DNA of 64,000 nucleotides from Escherichia phage EC106: sequence record ON210138.1; one strand, 5' to 3'. Shown piece by piece: positions 55,675 to 64,000 of this stretch (position 1 is its first letter; each line of letters starts with the position of its first letter). The notes under the pieces were generated by a model. It saw only the letters and a program-made list of their open reading frames with translations, ran no database searches and was not told where the DNA came from. The position numbers and the translations under genes were made by a program.

Positions 55675-56174
55675 TTTACGAAGAAAGATATAAGATAGAT
55701 TTTCAGGATACTTGCCATCATACTTCTTTAAGAGTAACCAAACCAAATGGAGAGACTGGTATCATAGCACATTTTGGTGGTGATTATTGGTACGGTACAG
55801 GTTGCTTTGAAGGTTACAATCAAGAATACTTGAAAGCCTTTTACAGAGACTTTGCAAATGACTACAACAGAGTTGTTGACGAAAAGAATAAGTGTATTAA
55901 GCATGAACACCATGCCAGAGGCTGCCTAAGTATTGTTATGGTACTGGCGTTCTTCTTAGTAATGTTACTGGCAGTATCAGCAATTAGCTGCATAGCTCAA
56001 GATTTGACAATTACACAGATTACTGCAAAGCTACATGATATCTGGTACTTGTATACTGTCCCTTTAGCTGGTATCATCATATCACTAATAAGGTTCAGAG
56101 TTCATAAGAAACGACTTAAGGACTCTGAGGTTAAACTTGAAGAGGTAAGTAAAGAATGCAACCTACAATTATAG
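55641..56174 (+). CDS. membrane protein
   Basis: 177 aa; two hydrophobic segments (LSIVMVLAFFLVMLLAVSAI, LYTVPLAGIIISLI). Confidence 0.45.
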   Translation: MEQTIERGWKMIYEERYKIDFQDTCHHTSLRVTKPNGETGIIAHFGGDYWYGTGCFEGYNQEYLKAFYRDFANDYNRVVDEKNKCIKHEHHARGCLSIVMVLAFFLVMLLAVSAISCIAQDLTITQITAKLHDIWYLYTVPLAGIIISLIRFRVHKKRLKDSEVKLEEVSKECNLQL

Positions 56175-56250
56175 CTGTATGTGTTCGTTTTGCAATCGCT
56201 GAAATGATTAATAAGGCAATCTTAAAAGATGCCTATGGAGAAACTAAGTA

Positions 56251-56478
56251 ATGATTAAGACACCTATCCAGCCATTCGGCTTTAGCTCTCTGAACGAACT
56301 GAAAGAGCACCTTGACAAGAACTACTACAATGAACAACCTGTAACGGTTCTTAAATCTGACCTTTCAAAACTTCTGGACATTGCTATTGAAGCTACTATA
56401 GAATCAAAACCAGAAGTTGAGAAGAAAGCTGAAAAGAAAACGAAGAAGACTGAAAAGAAATCTGAGGATTCTGAGTAA
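56251..56478 (+). CDS. hypothetical protein (Lys/Glu-rich C-terminus)
   Basis: 75 aa ORF. Confidence 0.4.
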   Translation: MIKTPIQPFGFSSLNELKEHLDKNYYNEQPVTVLKSDLSKLLDIAIEATIESKPEVEKKAEKKTKKTEKKSEDSE

Positions 56479-56643
56479 AATCTTGAAGGGGTTACTTGAT
56501 AGCCCCTCTTAACCAAACAAGGTAGTAAAAATGAAACTTAAAGAGATTGTTCGTAAAGCAATACTGGATAACTCTACTAAAGAAGATTTAGCTATGTCAT
56601 CTGGAAATAAAACTTACTCTATACCACACTATGAAATTGTACG

Positions 56644-57324
56644 ATGAAGAATCTTACGGGACACCTTCGCAGGATGAATTGGATGAACTTGAAAGATACG
56701 GTTCTCCTTCGGAAGAAGAAAAAGATTGATTTTGCTGAGTGGTCAAAAATCACTAAGAAGTATTTTCAGGATTTGATAGATATGGAAAAACAGTTTGAAT
56801 TAGAGAGAAAGTACTTGGTACTTAGCTTGGAAGATATTGATAACTATCTTTTACCGGAATGCAGAGACCAGCTTCAACAAATTGTAATGTCACTGAGACA
56901 TTCAAGAGAGTTTGTGGGTGGTAAAGAGCCACTAAAAGGTATCTTTGTTAAGGAGTCTTATCCGTTCTATAAAGATACTTTGCAGAAACTTGAAATGTAT
57001 GTTAAACAGCAGAACCGTAAAGAGTTCACTATGATTTCTCTTGGTGGACAACAAATGCTTGTGATGGAAGATATCAATCCTAAGAGACCGAGTAAAGGTG
57101 TCTGTATAAAAATCACAGGTCATGAAGAGTATATCTCAGTGGATGACTTTAGTGCATTCTGTAATGGGTCTTGTGTCTTTAATGGTTTTCACTACGATAT
57201 CCGAGTTTACCCAATCAAAGGTGATGATATCATGATGCAGATATTCGATAACAACAACGGATTCACTCATTTTTATCAGACAACTAAGTCATCATTAAAA
57301 ACAGTTCTGGAAACACTGATTTAA
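56644..57324 (+). CDS. hypothetical protein
   Basis: 226 aa ORF, last gene of the rightward block; followed by terminator-like hairpin 57330-57362. Confidence 0.45.
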   Translation: MKNLTGHLRRMNWMNLKDTVLLRKKKKIDFAEWSKITKKYFQDLIDMEKQFELERKYLVLSLEDIDNYLLPECRDQLQQIVMSLRHSREFVGGKEPLKGIFVKESYPFYKDTLQKLEMYVKQQNRKEFTMISLGGQQMLVMEDINPKRPSKGVCIKITGHEEYISVDDFSAFCNGSCVFNGFHYDIRVYPIKGDDIMMQIFDNNNGFTHFYQTTKSSLKTVLETLI

Positions 57325-57469
57325 AATATCTTAAGAGCCTCCTTAATTGGGGGGCTTTTTATTGAGTAAAATTTACGAAATTTATATTTTTTATAAAATT
57401 TTATCGGTTGTCCCAACCTCTGGGTCACCATCATATGTGAATAAAATATCTATCCTTCTTAACAACCTT

Positions 57470-57520
57470 CTTAATCTTACTCTCTATATATAGTTATATA
57501 GTACTATATAGTATCTTAGT
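57470..57520. repeat. AT-rich block with tandem TATATAGT repeats (candidate DNA unwinding element)
   Basis: CTCTATATATAGTTATATAGTACTATATAGTATC: three direct copies in about 35 bp, no ORF. Confidence 0.5.
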
Positions 57521-57539
57521 AACTATCTAGTGGTCTTAA

Positions 57540-58560
57540 TAGCCCCTCTGTATAACCCTTCTAACAAGCCCTCTAACAAGCCTTCTTAACAGCCTATACA
57601 ATCACCTTAGCCATCTCTCTACACCCTCTTAGAAGCCCCTATACACCTCTTAATCTCTAGGTTAGCTATGTGACTCTCTATAGGTGTTCACTAGATATTA
57701 CTAAGCCTCTATATAGACTGTTTTAACAAACTTAACAGGAATATCTTTACAGACCTTATCTCACAAGGTCTAACATGGTACTAACAAGGTATCTTATAAG
57801 CCTGTTTCTACCTGTATTTTTAAAAGACTGTATAGGTAATTATTCAGAATCTTAAAATTTTTATAAAATAGGACTATCAAGTCATTTTTTAGGGTCTTTG
57901 AAGGAACTCAAAAATATCTGTTGAGGGTGTATATCTGCTTGGTAACCCTTAACAGCTCCTTAACACCCCCTTTGCAAAATTTTAAAATATCCTTAACAAT
58001 CTCTTAACAGTTCTCACATCTCCTTAACAACTCTTCAAAGGTCTTAACAGATTCTTAACAGAACTAACAAGGGTTTAACAGTTTCTTAACAGTTGATACA
58101 TAGTCTTTACAGAGGCTTAACAGATGACTAACAAGAGCTAACAGGGATTGGTAACAATACCAATTAGTTAATTTTAAAGAGTTATTTTGTTAAGATAATT
58201 AACAAGTTTCTAACAAGTGTTTAATCTTTTTAACAAGCTATTAACATGGTCACTATCTCTGGTCTTATCGTTCCCTTTCCCTTTCTAGTGATTCCTTAAA
58301 CATACCTCTTAAAAGCTCCCTATAGCTCTTTATAAGCCCTTTTAAGTCTCTTCCTAGTATCTACCCCCCAACTGTACAGATAGCTCTTTATAGAGCTTTA
58401 CAGGAGCTTTTAAGGCTATGTCAAAGACTCTTACAAGGCTTTTACGTGGTCTTAACAGAGATTTAACAAGGGGCTAACAAGGGGCTAACAAGTGCCTTAA
58501 AAGCATAACTGTGTAGGGATTGTTAAGGAGTTGTTAAGAAAATGTTAAGGGGGGCTAGCA
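57540..58560. repeat. iteron array: about 30 same-orientation copies of YTAACAR (CTTAACAG / CTAACAAG), with inverted copies at 58519-58550
   Basis: Clusters at 57549-57590, 57720-57790, 57945-58150 (about 15 copies in 200 bp), 58190-58250, 58450-58500; three reversed copies (TGTTAAG) at 58519-58550; region lacks long ORFs. Confidence 0.7.
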
Positions 58561-59059
58561 TTTACGTAACTTTATAGCCTCTTTTACGTAACTTCAAAGT
58601 AACTTTATAGCCCCTATAACAGACTTTTAAGACACTATCAATAGGATTCGATAGATTCCTATCTCATAGCCCTTTTTAGTAGTTCACAAGAATACTAACG
58701 AGATAATAAAGCTATAACCTTATAAGATTCTTTTAAGCCTCTATAAAGCCCTGTAAAGAGCTTTTTAAGGTGAGTTAATGCAATCCATTAAGTTAGGTTG
58801 ATAAGGCTGTTATAGAGCTTTATAGAGCGTTTTAGGGGTTGCCCTTCCCTTTCGGGTTATGGGCTTGTATTTAAGGGATTGGTAGATGATTCGGATGAAG
58901 CATCCTCATAACAATGCCACTTAGTTGATTTGATAAGAGGTTATAGAGTAGACTATAGAGTTATTGCTTTTAAGGTCTGATAAGATTCTGGAAAGGGGAG
59001 GAAAGGAGATTTGATAGAGGCTATTACATAGACGTAAAAAAGCCCCTTGTCAAGACTAA

Positions 59060-59233
59060 TCAAATAACTTTCTTGTAAGACTTGCCGGAAATGATGTAGT
59101 TAGTAACTGAATGATTTAACAAGTCTGTACCAGTGATGACTACCATTTCTTCATTTTTCTTTTCTTCGTGCTCTTTTTTCATTTCTTCCCAACGTTTAGC
59201 ACCAAATTTTGCAATCATATGTTGCTCAAAATT
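59060..59233 (-). CDS. small hypothetical protein (about 57 aa)
   Basis: Hand-translated ORF MNFEQHMIAKFGAKRWEEMKKEHEE... preceded by conserved GGAG module. Confidence 0.35.
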   Translation of the reverse strand, partial: NFEQHMIAKFGAKRWEEMKKEHEEKKNEEMVVITGTDLLNHSVTNYIISGKSYKKVI

Positions 59234-59455
59234 CATCTTTGAAGTCTCCAGTTTAGGGTTTTAGATTGGGAGGTTTTACCCTCCCCGTTGATTGACAATT
59301 TACAGATTTTTGATAGTTGATTGCAAGCAATTTTTTAAGCTTATCTATAAAGAATCTTTTAAGTGAATCCCTTTAAGATAAACCCCCTCGAACAAAGTTA
59401 CCAATGTCAATAGGGATTGTCAACAGGTTTTTAAGAGAAATTTGTAAGTTACTGA

Positions 59456-59797
59456 TTAGCTTATAAAGATTTTTTCTGGCTTAACGTAGGTTAACGCTTG
59501 TTTCTTGAGCAAATCAGACCAAATCAAAGCGGCAATGTGGCTATAGCCTTTTTCTCTTAATTCCCGCATAGCTTCTTTGCGAGTCTCAAAACGTGTAGCA
59601 TAGTATTCAGTGTTAAGGGTAGTTTTATTACCTTCGTTGTCAACATGTACAACCTGCATCACTTGAAAGGGGCTTACATCCTCGCCTTTGTTCCACTGTT
59701 CAAAGTATTTTAGGCACTGCATAGGTGACATCTTATCACTTACTTGAGTTGACCAAGATGAGCCAGCTTTATCGGTAATTACGGTTACATAAGCCAT
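59456..59797 (-). CDS. hypothetical protein
   Basis: 113 aa; ATG preceded by conserved TCCTAAACTGGAGATTCTAAAA module. Confidence 0.55.
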   Translation of the reverse strand: MAYVTVITDKAGSSWSTQVSDKMSPMQCLKYFEQWNKGEDVSPFQVMQVVHVDNEGNKTTLNTEYYATRFETRKEAMRELREKGYSHIAALIWSDLLKKQALTYVKPEKIFIS

Positions 59798-59848
59798 TTT
59801 TAGAATCTCCAGTTTAGGAAGTGGGCTTGATTGATACTATAGCTTTAC

Positions 59849-59992
59849 TTAAAACGGTTTGCAATAGCTTTTTTCTTTGAGTGTAATTTTTCGGCCTTTT
59901 TCATGGTTTTAACAAGTAACATCATGACAAATGAGAAAATCATCTCTGAGAATACAGGGTTGTTAAAAACTGTCTCAATAGTATGCGTCATC
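59849..59992 (-). CDS. small hydrophobic protein (about 47 aa)
   Basis: Hand-translated MTHTIETVFNNPVFSEMIFSFVMMLLVKTMKKAEK...; preceded by conserved module. Confidence 0.3.
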
Positions 59993-60010
59993 TTTTTGAA
60001 TCTCCAGTTT

Positions 60011-60075
60011 AGGAAAGCTCTTTATCTGGGGGCTTAAGATATCAACTTTTAAGCCCCTTGTAAAGTACTTTAAGC
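60011..60075 (-). promoter_or_regulatory. type A intergenic module: AAAGTACTTTACA box, 9 bp GC hairpin, GGAG ribosome-binding site
   Basis: Minus-strand AAAGTACTTTACAAGGGGCTTAAAAGTTGATATCTTAAGCCCCC...CTGGAGATTCAAAAAG ATG; near-identical copies at 61268-61336, 62063-62135, 63363-63432, 63712-63778. Confidence 0.5.
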
Positions 60076-60318
60076 GTCTTTGTATTCGATTTCTATACAC
60101 TCACCTTTTGCTAGCTCAAAGGTCCAAATAATTCGTTTATACTCAATCACTACTACAGTGACAAGGTCAGTTCTCTTCTTATTGGTTTTGAAGTCTATTG
60201 TGTGGGTATACTCATAACTAGCCTTATCCTTAATTTCCCCGTAGCGTCTACACTCTTTATAGACTTCATCCATTAAGCCATTGCTAACCATGTTTTTGAG
60301 CTGTGTTTTAGTATACAT
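60070..60318 (-). CDS. hypothetical protein
   Basis: 82 aa; conserved upstream module. Confidence 0.5.
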   Translation of the reverse strand: MYTKTQLKNMVSNGLMDEVYKECRRYGEIKDKASYEYTHTIDFKTNKKRTDLVTVVVIEYKRIIWTFELAKGECIEIEYKDA

Positions 60319-60407
60319 TTTTGAATCTCCAGTTTAGGACTTTATTTAGCGGGGAAGGTCATTCCCTCCCCGTTGATTAGTAATTTACAGACTTTTATCA
60401 GTCTTGT

Positions 60408-60641
60408 CTAGTCTTTTTCAATGATGATTTCATCTTGTCCGTCAACACTGTCGAAATAGATTCCATCTTCATCTTCTGTCTTAAAGTAGCATTGAATATC
60501 ATCACTGGCGGGATAGTCTTGTCTTGCTATCTGGCAAACTTGAATAGCATTTCCTTTACTTCCTGTAAACTCTTCAAGCCCTTTAAAGTCACATGAATGG
60601 CCATTACAAATGGAAAGGACAAGGTAAATGGTTGTAAGCAT
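60408..60641 (-). CDS. small putative lipoprotein
   Basis: 77 aa; N-terminus MLTTIYLVLSICNGHSC has signal peptide plus lipobox-like LSIC. Confidence 0.45.
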   Translation of the reverse strand: MLTTIYLVLSICNGHSCDFKGLEEFTGSKGNAIQVCQIARQDYPASDDIQCYFKTEDEDGIYFDSVDGQDEIIIEKD

Positions 60642-60705
60642 GATTTAAGCCCTCTAAAAGCCCCTACAAGGGGCTGATTAGTGTTTATAAGGTGATTGTA
60701 TAGGT

Positions 60706-61248
60706 TTAAAAAAAGCTCTTTAAGTCTCTCTCTGTGATGTTTCCCGTTAGTGTATCCATGATGTCACAAAAAACCTGAATACTGTCCGACTGTTGAACAC
60801 TTTTAGCGAGAAGCTCCAGAGACTCATCAAGATAGTTCATATTTGGGTTATCCAGTGAAGGAAGACAAAAAGGCGAATACATCGCATTAAATTCTGTTAC
60901 GTAAACCTTTTTAATCCAACTTACATCAAAGTACTCTGTAAAACTTGCTACACTCGACATATTATCACAAGAATAATCATCGTTTAGCTCATCCTCTGGG
61001 ATATCGAGTTCTAAGATAACAATATTTTGAGTCTTCATCTGAAAAGCTGCGGTGATAGTGGCATTGCCTAGAGCTTGTTGGATACCTTCGGCTGTTATCT
61101 CTTCCTCATCGTCGCCATAGATTTTATTTTCTGGATAAACGTAAAAATTGCCGTCCATATCCGAACAATTCCATGCGCCCGATGGTTTATCACCGTTATT
61201 AATCAGGTTGATAAAGTTTTCTTGAGTAGTACCATGAAAGCATTTCAT
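60706..61248 (-). CDS. hypothetical protein
   Basis: 180 aa; conserved upstream module. Confidence 0.5.
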   Translation of the reverse strand: MKCFHGTTQENFINLINNGDKPSGAWNCSDMDGNFYVYPENKIYGDDEEEITAEGIQQALGNATITAAFQMKTQNIVILELDIPEDELNDDYSCDNMSSVASFTEYFDVSWIKKVYVTEFNAMYSPFCLPSLDNPNMNYLDESLELLAKSVQQSDSIQVFCDIMDTLTGNITERDLKSFF

Positions 61249-61393
61249 TTTTGAATCTCCAGTTTAGGATTTAGTGGTAAAGCTCTTTATCTGGGGCTTA
61301 AGGTAACAACTTTTAAGCCCCTTGTAAAGTACTTTATTTGTTATTTTTGACAACTTTTAAAACTGCACGGTAACCTAAGCAATAGGAATCACC

Positions 61394-61543
61394 GAAGAGC
61401 GACCGGCCCCATGAAGGAGTCTTCTGTAATATCTTTCGCCGTGACGGTTTTTTCTACGCCGTGAAAGAGAACTATATCACCAACTTTAATATCTTTGATG
61501 TGAGTTGTTTCAATGTGTAAGCCGTTGATAATAGCCATTTTTA
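61394..61543 (-). CDS. small hypothetical protein (about 49 aa)
   Basis: Hand-translated MAIINGLHIETTHIKDIKVGDIVLFHGVEK...; conserved upstream module. Confidence 0.35.
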
Positions 61544-61555
61544 GAATCTCCAGTT

Positions 61556-61640
61556 TAGGACTTTATTTAGTGGGGAAGGTCATTCCCTCCCCGTTGATGT
61601 GTAATTTAGCCTATCTAAAAACCAGTGTCAACAAAATTTT
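61556..61640 (-). promoter_or_regulatory. type B intergenic module (GGGGAAGG-TCATT-CCCTCCCC hairpin plus GGAG RBS); about 85 bp copy repeated at 62409-62496
   Basis: 61556-61640 and 62409-62496 are near-identical; shorter variants at 59258-59310 and 60338-60400. Confidence 0.5.
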
Positions 61641-62044
61641 TAGAGTTCTGCATAAATTGCATCACAGACATCACGAAAATCGTGATTTGTCAAATTACGT
61701 TGTAACCAAGTGGCAAAGAAATCAGCGATTGCAAAATTAGCGTCATACTCGACGGATAGCCATACTTTAACAGCAAATCGGAACATCTTTAAATCAAGCT
61801 CTTTATACATTACGTTTGATTTGCCTAACATATCAATCATTTCATATTGCGCACCGTCTAGCGTGATACCTGCTGCAACGTCAGCCAATGAGCTTTTTAC
61901 GTTTTCAACGTCCAAGATAGCACTTTGAATCTTCCCAATAATGTTGTGCAATGTTTCATCTGGTGCTAATGACGTGATAACATTAATCCGGTTAACGGTC
62001 AAACGTGCTTTTAAGATTGATAATTCACGGTTATTAATAGCCAT
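61640..62044 (-). CDS. hypothetical protein (start at ATG after the GGAG box)
   Basis: Track ORF starts at TTG inside the RBS module; real start MAINNRELS... Confidence 0.5.
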   Translation of the reverse strand: MAINNRELSILKARLTVNRINVITSLAPDETLHNIIGKIQSAILDVENVKSSLADVAAGITLDGAQYEMIDMLGKSNVMYKELDLKMFRFAVKVWLSVEYDANFAIADFFATWLQRNLTNHDFRDVCDAIYAEL

Positions 62045-62130
62045 TTTTAAGTTCTCCAATTTAGGATTGAGTGGTAAAGCTCTTTATCTGGGGCTTAAGA
62101 TATCAACTTCCAAGCCCCCTGTAAAGTACT

Positions 62131-62403
62131 TTACATTAAATGCAGTTTTTTGCCTTTTACTATAATGTAACTCGATGCGCTATTGCTTTGCACATCCTGA
62201 TAAATTCTGCGCAAACGTCCTTCGTAGTGTACTTTCCAACTGGTTGGAATCTTTTTACCGTACCCTGTAGCAGTTTTTTGGAGTCCTGCAAGTTGCCAAT
62301 CCAAGATGTGTTGCTCAGCTTGTAAATCTTCAAAGTGCATCACACCGTCTACATAGTGACGTAAAGTTACATTTAAAGTACGACCGTTGTTAGTAGTATA
62401 CAT
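62131..62403 (-). CDS. hypothetical protein
   Basis: 90 aa; conserved upstream module. Confidence 0.5.
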   Translation of the reverse strand: MYTTNNGRTLNVTLRHYVDGVMHFEDLQAEQHILDWQLAGLQKTATGYGKKIPTSWKVHYEGRLRRIYQDVQSNSASSYIIVKGKKLHLM

Positions 62404-62492
62404 TTTTAGATTCTCCAGTTTAGGACTTTATTTAGTGGGGAAGGTCATTCCCTCCCCGTTGATGTGTAATTTAGCCTATCTAAAAACCAGTG

Positions 62493-62825
62493 TCAAACAC
62501 TTTGTTTTCGTTTGCTCAACTCTTGAACAATTACAGCGTAGTAGTCTTTTAAGTCACTGATATTCAAAGCATTTATCAGTGAATTATAATCATCGACTAA
62601 CTGAAAATCATCTTTGAAGATGTCACTTATCTGATAGGTTTTCGCTTTATATCTGAAGCTCATCTCTAGCCGCTTTATTTGCTCATCACTGAGGCGTCCT
62701 AGAAAGCTCTCTACCAAGTTATTGCTAACCTGCTGTGTGATTGCCTTATTTGCTAGATTATAGGCCTTATACGCCTTATAGAGCGCGAAAATGGCAATGA
62801 TTGCAGTGATACCAGTCATTAACAT
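62493..62825 (-). CDS. membrane protein (N-terminal TM helix)
   Basis: 110 aa; MLMTGITAIIAIFALY hydrophobic N-terminus. Confidence 0.45.
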   Translation of the reverse strand: MLMTGITAIIAIFALYKAYKAYNLANKAITQQVSNNLVESFLGRLSDEQIKRLEMSFRYKAKTYQISDIFKDDFQLVDDYNSLINALNISDLKDYYAVIVQELSKRKQSV

Positions 62826-63115
62826 GGTGTTTCCTCTTTACGTGATACTTTGCCATTTACAGTTATCTCATAGGATTCTAATAAATCGCTTTTAGACTTT
62901 ACTGGACTGTTAAAAGTATCATCATAGATATTGACTTGCAATACAGGTTTTTTATACTCCCTGCAACTGTTCCATAAGCAAATCACTACACGACGACCTT
63001 TTATTTTGCCGTGTAACCATTCCATAACATCATGACTATCCCTTGATGTTTCAATAAAATCAATTTTGTTAAGTAACTTGCTTAGATTTTCACGGACTTT
63101 ATTTGATAGTTTCAT
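62819..63115 (-). CDS. hypothetical protein (start trimmed to ATG after GGAG box)
   Basis: Conserved module at 63116-63140 places the start at MKLSNKVREN... Confidence 0.45.
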   Translation of the reverse strand: MKLSNKVRENLSKLLNKIDFIETSRDSHDVMEWLHGKIKGRRVVICLWNSCREYKKPVLQVNIYDDTFNSPVKSKSDLLESYEITVNGKVSRKEETPC

Positions 63116-63131
63116 TTTTTGAATCTCCAGT

Positions 63132-63344
63132 TTAGGACACAATAGTAATTGTAAAGTTGTAATGGCTATTGAGTTGGTAGGCATAACAGTTAGAGAATAC
63201 ACCAACTAACCGAGGTTTTCCATAAATTTTCATGCGCTCTTTAATCTCTTTGAGAGATTTCAAACCTGTAAGGTCTTTATTGAAATAGTCGTCATCTGTG
63301 AATAGGACTTGTGAGGCGGTTTTCAGTTTTTGATTAATGTTCAT
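63132..63344 (-). CDS. hypothetical protein
   Basis: 70 aa; conserved upstream module. Confidence 0.45.
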   Translation of the reverse strand: MNINQKLKTASQVLFTDDDYFNKDLTGLKSLKEIKERMKIYGKPRLVGVFSNCYAYQLNSHYNFTITIVS

Positions 63345-63432
63345 TTTTGAATCTCCAGTTTAGGATTTAGTGGTAAAGCTCTTTATCTGGGGCTTAAGGT
63401 AACAACTTTTAAGCCCCTTGTAAAGTACTTTA

Positions 63433-63690
63433 TCAGATTAAATTGTCAGTTAATGATAAGTGCATTTTGTAACCTTGTTTAGTGAATACATTCACTTTAC
63501 CGAGTGTTTTTACACCTTTGAAAAGGTTATTTGGACTACGTTTTAAGGTTAAATGTTTATCAGCCTTTACGCCCCATCTTACAGCAGATTGTTTTCCGTT
63601 GTCAACCACTTTCCCGCCTAACTTTTTAGCCATAACGCGAGCGTCATCACGAGTCTTTGCAGAAATTACAACGTTTTTGATGATAGCCAT
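63433..63690 (-). CDS. hypothetical basic protein (start at ATG after GGAG box)
   Basis: Real start MAIIKNVVISAKTRDDARVMAKKLGG... Confidence 0.5.
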   Translation of the reverse strand: MAIIKNVVISAKTRDDARVMAKKLGGKVVDNGKQSAVRWGVKADKHLTLKRSPNNLFKGVKTLGKVNVFTKQGYKMHLSLTDNLI

Positions 63691-63778
63691 TTTTAAGTTC
63701 TCCAATTTAGGATTGAGTGGTAAAGCTCTTTATCTGGGGCTTACTTTATCGAACTATAAGCCCCTTGTAAAGTACTTT

Positions 63779-63985
63779 TTATTTATCGTAATAGTAAATT
63801 GCCGTATGTCTTGTAAATTGTCTTGTGTGATTTGTCAAGTAACAATCAGACCTGATTGATGTATCAACATATTTATCAAAATCCTTTTCTGAGATACGTT
63901 GCCATACATCACAAATAAGCATAAAGAAGCGGCGCTTTTTAGTCTTGTTATTGTCTACAATCATCAATTGGCGTTGATATAACAT
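63779..63985 (-). CDS. hypothetical protein
   Basis: 68 aa; conserved upstream module at 63986-64000. Confidence 0.45.
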   Translation of the reverse strand: MLYQRQLMIVDNNKTKKRRFFMLICDVWQRISEKDFDKYVDTSIRSDCYLTNHTRQFTRHTAIYYYDK

Positions 63986-64000
63986 TTTAGAATCTCCAGT

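Noticed and set aside
59200-64000. Possible CRISPR array suggested by regularly spaced repeats
   Set aside because: Repeat units are 60-90 bp and heterogeneous, and the intervening segments are 150-550 bp coding sequences with start codons right after a GGAG box; these are gene-upstream modules, not CRISPR repeats.

Overview
Gene-dense segment of a virulent tailed-phage genome (contractile-tail myovirus type, AT-rich, no integrase or host genes seen); it resembles Felix O1-like phages, but that is inference only. Layout: (1) 1-9350, minus strand: nucleotide metabolism and replication genes (partial NrdA-like reductase, FEN-type 5'-3' exonuclease, acidic-tail SSB-like protein, T7 gp4-like primase-helicase, T4 gp1-like dNMP kinase). 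(2) 9600-19280, plus strand: family A DNA polymerase split by a ~310 nt group I intron, an HNH endonuclease, small genes, ATP-dependent DNA ligase, DHFR and thymidylate synthase. (3) 19320-43130, minus strand: spanin-like membrane proteins and a complete P2/Mu-like tail plus head module (two His-rich tail fibres, baseplate, tape measure, tube, sheath, capsid, protease/scaffold, portal, large terminase). (4) 43280-48571: about 26 minus-strand tRNA genes with three embedded ORFs and several structured elements that are not tRNAs. (5) 48738-50153: a vWA-domain protein whose architecture could be Ro60/Rsr-like. (6) 50836-57324, plus strand: small genes including a GH24 endolysin. (7) 57350-59050: non-coding region with an AT-rich repeat block and about 30 same-orientation YTAACAR iterons. 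(8) 59060-64000, minus strand: small genes each preceded by a conserved hairpin plus ribosome-binding-site module. Most interesting: a candidate Ro60/Rsr-like protein lying about 1 kb from a stem-enclosed tRNA-mimic element (possible Y-RNA-like RNA), the iteron array, and the polymerase intron. All tRNA coordinates and anticodons were folded by hand and are approximate.
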